Shown here: in pieces, positions 60,501 to 64,000 of the stretch | How the letters are laid out: the number at the start of each line of letters is the position of its first letter | Position numbering within the stretch: the first letter of the stretch is position 1 | DNA from: Monocercomonoides exilis PA203 | Taxonomy: Eukaryota > Protista > Preaxostyla | Reading direction: 5' to 3' | Length of the DNA stretch: 64,000 bases | Assembly: GCA_001643675.2 (NCBI GenBank) | Contig: LSRY02000033.1 | Coordinates: forward strand, 496,001 to 560,000 | The notes under the pieces: model-generated | Database searches by the model: none | What the model was told of the DNA's origin: nothing | Seen by the model: only the letters and a program-made list of their open reading frames with translations | Made by a program: the position numbers and the translations under genes

Positions 60501-62736
60501 TCTCGCAAACTGCACCATCGCCCAGAGCGGCGCTCCCTCCGCCCTTGGGCGTGCAGCCCTGTTCTCCCATTGCCCTTCAGTCACACTCGAGGCCTGCTCA
60601 ATAAATGGAGGCGCTCCCCAGCCGCCACAAGCCTCCACCAGCAACTCCCCAGACACCATCACCAGCAGCAGCAGCAGCAGAGTGACCATTGAGCCGGATG
60701 CATCAGATGCACCAGAGAGTGTCTGCGAATGGAATGCCTCTCTCATCCACTGCCAGAGCACCACAGCTGTCCTCAAAGACACAACCATCTCTGGCGCACA
60801 GCTGGGCGCACTCTCTGCAGCTGCCGGCAGCATCCGTGTCGACCGCTGCGAGTTCGCCAACAACAGCCCCGCCATCCCCAATTACCCCTCTGCCCGCCGC
60901 AACATCATCTGCTCCGACGCCTGCACCCTCACCATCCCCTCCCTCTGGCCTGGCGACCCCTTCCTCCCCGCCTCCTCCTTGTGGCTCCTCAACCGCGGAT
61001 GCACCCTCCACGGCATCCCCGCTCACCACCCTTCCCCGCTCTTCGTCCCTGTGCTCCACAGCGTGCAAGCCAACCACACACCTGACGCCATGGCTCTCAC
61101 GTTCAGCGGACTGCTCCTCGCTCCCTGCAATCTGTCCTTCGCTGTTGTGAAGAGCAACGGCGAAGAGAAGGAGATCGAGAAGCACAACTTCGATCCCGAC
61201 GGGTTCCTGTCGGAAACAGAAGCCGAAGGGAGCGTGGCAAAGGACCTCGTCAGCAGCTGCGGAGATGAGATAGAGGTGAGTGTGTGCATTCTGTTTGGGG
61301 ATGCGGATCGCCCTTCTTCAACCGATTCCTTCATCCTGAAGAACAGAAGCGTGCCCAAGGCAAATGGAGACGAAAGGGTTGTTGAGGGAGGAAAAGAAGA
61401 GAAATCTTATTGGCTGTTGGTTGTGATTATGCTTGTCGTGATGTTCTTGATTGTCTTCATAGGATTTATTATGTTTGTTGTTCGATGGAGGAAGGTCAAG
61501 AATGAGGCAGAAGATCTGAGAGAGATTGTGAATGACAACATCAGAAAAGATCCGAAGGCGGTTGAGATGGTGACGATGGAGATGTCTCCCGAGGAGCAGT
61601 GGAGGAGAGCAGAGAGGGAGGCAGAGAAGAAGAATGAAGAGAGGATGAAGAAGAGGGTGTATGAGAAAAGCTTGGGACACTCGGAGTCGTCAGAGCATCT
61701 TCTGTCTGAGAGTGGCTCCACTGAATACATCTTGGGAAAAGACTCAGACAAGATCCCCGAATGGGTGCTGGAGAAGGTTGATGATGAGGAAGAGACAAGA
61801 AAGAGAACGCCTTCACCATCCATCTCATCCACCTCAACCACAGACACTTCAGACACTGAATCCACGTTTGTTCGGGGGGAGGACCTGTGCCCCACCACAT
61901 CGTCCATGTCGAATCTGGTGGATGCCATGGCCTGCTCCTCGCCTCACGAGAAGCTGATTGTGGATCTGAGGGATTCGATGTTCATGCTGCTGCATGGGAG
62001 GAACAAGACAAAGGAGATGGCGATCGGCACTCTCCAGGAGCGGCAGATGACAGCTGCCCAGATCCTGTTCTGGGTGGCCAATCTGGCACTCCATTCATTT
62101 GATGAAATGATCAATCCACTTCAGTCACTGACAAATCTGAGTCCCCACGTTGTGCTGTTCTCAGAGCACATGGTCATCTGCATTGCTCTCCACTCCGATT
62201 GCTCTTCTTCAGATTCTGATTCATCCTCCATCTCTTCGTCAACTGTTGTCACATCAACAAGTGATGATGATAGAGACTCTCTGCCCTCGTCTGCCTTTGA
62301 AGATGAGGACGATTACAAGAAAGAGTGTTTGAGGTGGAAGGCGCCGGAGCTGCTGAGCGGCGCAAAGAGCCACGCGACAAAGAAGACTGTGGTGTTCTCC
62401 ATCGGGATGATGGTGTGGGAGTGCCTCACGCTCCAGATCCCGTTCGCAGAGTACGAGGCAGAAGCAGCCGGCCGCAAGATTGCAAACGGCGAGAGGCCAG
62501 CCCCCTGCACCTCCCACGACATCCCCCTCGCCCACACTGCCTGCGCCGCAACCTCCCAGCAGCCCCACGCCAGGCCCACCCTCCTCGACCTCAAGAAGGC
62601 CTTCATCGCCCTCTTTCCGCCTGCCTCTGCCATGATCACCGCCTCCGACGCAATCGACCTCCTCGACCCCACTGCCGTCCCTCCTCCCTCTGCTTTGCCG
62701 GCCTCTGCTGTCTCCCAGGCACTCACCTCGTTCTGA
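54589..62736 (+). CDS. 2,715-aa intronless type I membrane protein: Cys-rich right-handed beta-helix (Pmp/pectin-lyase-like) ectodomain, single TM, degenerate TKL-type pseudokinase
   Basis: N-terminal hydrophobic leader; about ten GG(A/G)(L/I/V) motifs; four CG-x4-(P/E)C-x-(T/S)(I/L) modules; TM at 61411-61482; kinase C-lobe LRWKAPELL...VVFSIGMMVWECLTLQIPF...GERP; no GxGxxG, VAIK, HRD or DFG. Confidence 0.85.
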   Translation: MNIHQFHIILTKLVLTLTFAFAFEVFSLQPIHGTHLSARNVIDSHSQFCLKQNLCQCTFLSTKTAENTLHKPSQPIHQKRSSVSLENSSFTIAGLNIECQSHNSFIEIDGKSQCEMGRVVLLLEQQNSSPFASSGFLLFCNTTLAHAGLPHELSSSLVCASGNSHTRFKGCSFHALSHLHPHPFLVCGAASSLSLSDCVFSNITSPAHASTQQHPNPCFGSCDVASCVCDVATDPLFSIFPLYLTSHSFRSFNSSFSRISNNKITNRTVIESSDEEEIVFEDDEFEVSETAYDGGALYVNDANKLIIERCRFSHCSSQHYGGVLYANNIKTLQISKCNFFNCSAGVDAGSFRVYGSESVLIENCLCSECHSNSHYGCGAIFDSKISVLCSNNSFSHSYAKGDAGGLIIRNTNIHTIITSCMFNNLTASWCGSAYVFHQVTSPVAPQSRFLFFMNNTCTDQYSGADFGCCEGWDGVVNSTHFEHCYSLSTGIRSFVCTAGFRPCTAGYEADFIRAPTYSTIHVAQPARASGGDTPHCGELGSECATIAHALTRLAPPAPDASDAPQPIAVLPGSYQEPGVAVAQTHIRISSKDPASPAEVRCNTTGAVLFATASGALELAQLVLVADWGVCPATPLLVLDGDEGAVAVAECTITGAGHSAANRFRSPVVVLRRGAGRITRCTVTALVLDSACAIWVGRRCAAAVECTVCAHIVRSSGCGGAIVLEEEEEDGDSSASASANTNEGDAAQAISGCVFEDCCAEGDGSGGGAICARLRGRGCFTVNASASSGCTLPLVRHHSHNSNTTRAPRGTNGGDDGSGGEALFSRCKSSGYGGAVYLDLAEGFGTLLLDGVVFGGCEAALGGANVFVNGCALTPAEISTSTFCFPFDQSSADDLVGVDRALPEVAPFTLAVFLVPFPCAAHVAGQSSRASNTPFCGFSFFPCLTIPHAARTRFPAADPAILLDEGFQLCERLAADAHAWSISCVRKGMEVPVGAPPGFSSPSLVAVSTEAAIADIRFAVPASLGSATALVEVAGAGSLQMASCSAVHKRDGATAPGDGSEEQLTFALIAVRSGRLVLSEFETLGEVASTMFSLMECTGSSSVVECSGCVIGGGEKGSGDGGCVKMAGVGGGGARLEMENCTVARCSARGSEARGGGVAAELAAGAALLINGSTFEDCAAAAAAGGGQAQTHGLGGAVFVGEADAARLFALEHVVFARCDAWKGRKVFVSATVLSAVADAAHFNWAMTSADLSTLDELGGFELATADPSRPIPLAVYFWTNITTHVFVDGDTGFDFSACGHSAAPCLTIPRALSLRLTPLPLPSSTLSIASHSSIPEPLVLLLPPAPTSPSPTSLPSLRLHGCAPDTPVHISDPTPSQSDALLASSVDLAVDAISFLLPSAFPHHSSFILTSAPDAALLLQRCSFSMLTPQTPLAYVIVLAAQGRVSLDHCTLASVSLSRPFLEIYDASTSAALTSLSVSSSLLAGAPLVAIYPPALAASTGLAGLAGLAAPDPRTAIVLDSANITNIVRTGNGPALVCAERGCAIDCAAEACVLTSCVSEESAEGGAAMVCLDCDKSQLRVSACILTQCICSRTAGRGGGLFLDCSRPARALPIPLSILNLRFALNDAFRGKDLFLRCSSIPAQINESLFSLDFTQPSLATNTSICGSDSSPTDPDLDVDLDVDLLPFITFYRAHQIFVDQDTGSSARQCGSLLAPCASLSTAVLHIAPSIGNILWICSSSSVDAPTSLADIRVESVSASLVPVHFATPIPISSDLSSDRSAVVAFLNTCILTHCHFSFHTSFASAHSSLFSLLDGSLTVSSSLFSAADQPVKLNSTLLCACRGTLRLSNISVHSLHLACPALRALPASSLFLSHANLSALSAASPVLLLDDGSSCSIEHLIATDLAVTTGSVVLLNPPANPPSSSSSSSSFESDQPEGSFSMMHSIFTAISLAQLGCSVCQCNHTTAPVYLANCTIAQSGAPSALGRAALFSHCPSVTLEACSINGGAPQPPQASTSNSPDTITSSSSSRVTIEPDASDAPESVCEWNASLIHCQSTTAVLKDTTISGAQLGALSAAAGSIRVDRCEFANNSPAIPNYPSARRNIICSDACTLTIPSLWPGDPFLPASSLWLLNRGCTLHGIPAHHPSPLFVPVLHSVQANHTPDAMALTFSGLLLAPCNLSFAVVKSNGEEKEIEKHNFDPDGFLSETEAEGSVAKDLVSSCGDEIEVSVCILFGDADRPSSTDSFILKNRSVPKANGDERVVEGGKEEKSYWLLVVIMLVVMFLIVFIGFIMFVVRWRKVKNEAEDLREIVNDNIRKDPKAVEMVTMEMSPEEQWRRAEREAEKKNEERMKKRVYEKSLGHSESSEHLLSESGSTEYILGKDSDKIPEWVLEKVDDEEETRKRTPSPSISSTSTTDTSDTESTFVRGEDLCPTTSSMSNLVDAMACSSPHEKLIVDLRDSMFMLLHGRNKTKEMAIGTLQERQMTAAQILFWVANLALHSFDEMINPLQSLTNLSPHVVLFSEHMVICIALHSDCSSSDSDSSSISSSTVVTSTSDDDRDSLPSSAFEDEDDYKKECLRWKAPELLSGAKSHATKKTVVFSIGMMVWECLTLQIPFAEYEAEAAGRKIANGERPAPCTSHDIPLAHTACAATSQQPHARPTLLDLKKAFIALFPPASAMITASDAIDLLDPTAVPPPSALPASAVSQALTSF

Positions 62737-64000
62737 CCGGCTCCCTCCTGCTCCCTTGATGAAAGAGGAAAAAAGAAAAAAACAAAAATAAAGGAGGGGA
62801 ATGGAAAGAAATGAAGAAAGAAGCGTCTGAAACAGTTGTTTTTATTATTATTTATCTTTTTTGTGGCATCCTCAGCGATGCAAGTTTTTCGTGTTTGTGC
62901 TGCATTCCCAGGCCAGCAGCATCGCCACTTCGCTTCTGCGCACCTCCCTCCAGACAACGTGTGATCTCGCAATCACCCTGTCTTTTCCGCGTTTTTTATG
63001 TGTTTTTGTGATTTTGTGTTTTTGTGATTTTGTGTTTTTGTTTTGCTGGCCAACCTTTTCGTTTTCGATGGGGTGCAGATGCGCAGATTCTGCCAAAATA
63101 TTTATGAAAATTATTTTTTCCCCTCCCTCAATTCGTGGAAATCAACAAACATGCAGAAATCTTTTTGTTGAGGTTTTTGAAAAAAACGTTTCTAAATGAA
63201 AAATGCAATTTTTATGAAGCATTTCGAAATCATGTTTTATAATTGGAATAAAACTGACATATTGTTTGAAGTGATTGCTTTTTAAAAGCTTGCAAAGTAA
63301 TTTGTGGCAAAATTTTTACAACCATGAAAAAAACTGAGATTTGTTCCAAACTTTTTCTACAATCATTTCATTATAAATCAACCTAAACTATGCAAATAAT
63401 TACAGAAAAATTGAAAAATTGAGAAAAATATTTGTTAGAGAAGAATGGAACAAAGTTCATAAAGCAAAATATTTTGTCCCATTTTTTTCAAAAATAAGCA
63501 AACAATTATGGGACAGGTATTTTTTCAAGTGAAGTTATAAAGTTTTTAACAAATTTTTGTAATTCTTTTTCCTATTGCTTTTGAAGATTTCAAATTATAG
63601 AAAGAAACAAAAGAAAAAAGTTTGGAAAGTTAAATATTGTTTAAAATTTTATTTGTAGTTGATAAAAATCGTGATGAGCTTTTAAAAAAGGAAGAATATA
63701 AATTTGAACTCCAGCAAATATTTAAATAACATATACGTATATTCACTTACACAAAAAATTAACCCCAACATTATTTCATATTCAAAAATTCTCAAAAAAT
63801 CAAAAAGCTCAATTTTAATTTCATTCAACTCAAATATTTTTAAATTACAGATTTTGCTCTTTGAAAAGAATTGTCAATTAAAAGAAAATATGATGTTTTT
63901 AAATGGCATCACTATATCTTGTCGGTCAATTCTTCTAAATTGGGTAATGCCTCTGCTAATCCTTTGAATTTTCTGACAAATTTGACAACAGCTCCAGATT

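Noticed and set aside
62254-62620. Active tyrosine kinase
   Set aside because: Gly-rich loop, VAIK lysine, HRD and DFG are not identifiable; only C-lobe motifs remain.
553-62736. Alternative genetic code (TAA/TAG read as Gln, as in some oxymonads)
   Set aside because: Long ORFs have no in-frame TAA/TAG, and conserved genes end at TAG (thrC) and TAA (methyltransferase) at plausible positions.
56030-62972. Overlapping alternative-frame and antisense ORFs (e.g. 57661-59883, 740 aa)
   Set aside because: Expected from the high GC and skew of the main ORF; no independent motifs.
53190-64000. TIRs of the 39-43 kb element around the intact receptor gene (TAGACCTTT near 53196; TGACAAATTTGACAA at the window end)
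   Set aside because: Matches are too short and unpaired; no evidence here that the intact gene lies inside such an element.

Overview
Eukaryotic, AT-rich, intron-containing DNA read with the standard genetic code. The lineage-specific gene families, Ser-rich low-complexity proteins and short introns resemble the oxymonad Monocercomonoides; this is recognition from memory, not a database result. The window has two parts. (1) 1-34.8 kb is gene-dense: a histidine acid phosphatase, a TOM1/THH1-like multi-TM protein, an intronless prokaryote-type threonine synthase, GET3/ArsA, a giant IQ+WW protein, a ~3,350-aa kinesin-1-like motor with an internal B-box, an EEF1AKMT4/METTL13-like methyltransferase and a head-to-head multi-TM gene. 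(2) 35-64 kb is accessory: a foldback-like inverted repeat, two Merlin/ISXO2 transposase remnants, a MITE, lineage-specific hypothetical genes, and three copies (one intact, two decayed) of a giant beta-helix/TM/pseudokinase receptor family. The clearest hidden structure is a 3,981-bp TIR element (39062-43042) with an exact 8-bp target duplication (GATTGCAG). It splits a Merlin transposase in frame and carries a fragment of the receptor family rather than a transposase, which points to a Pack-type transposon moving receptor-family sequence. Exon boundaries were assigned by eye and need RNA-seq confirmation.
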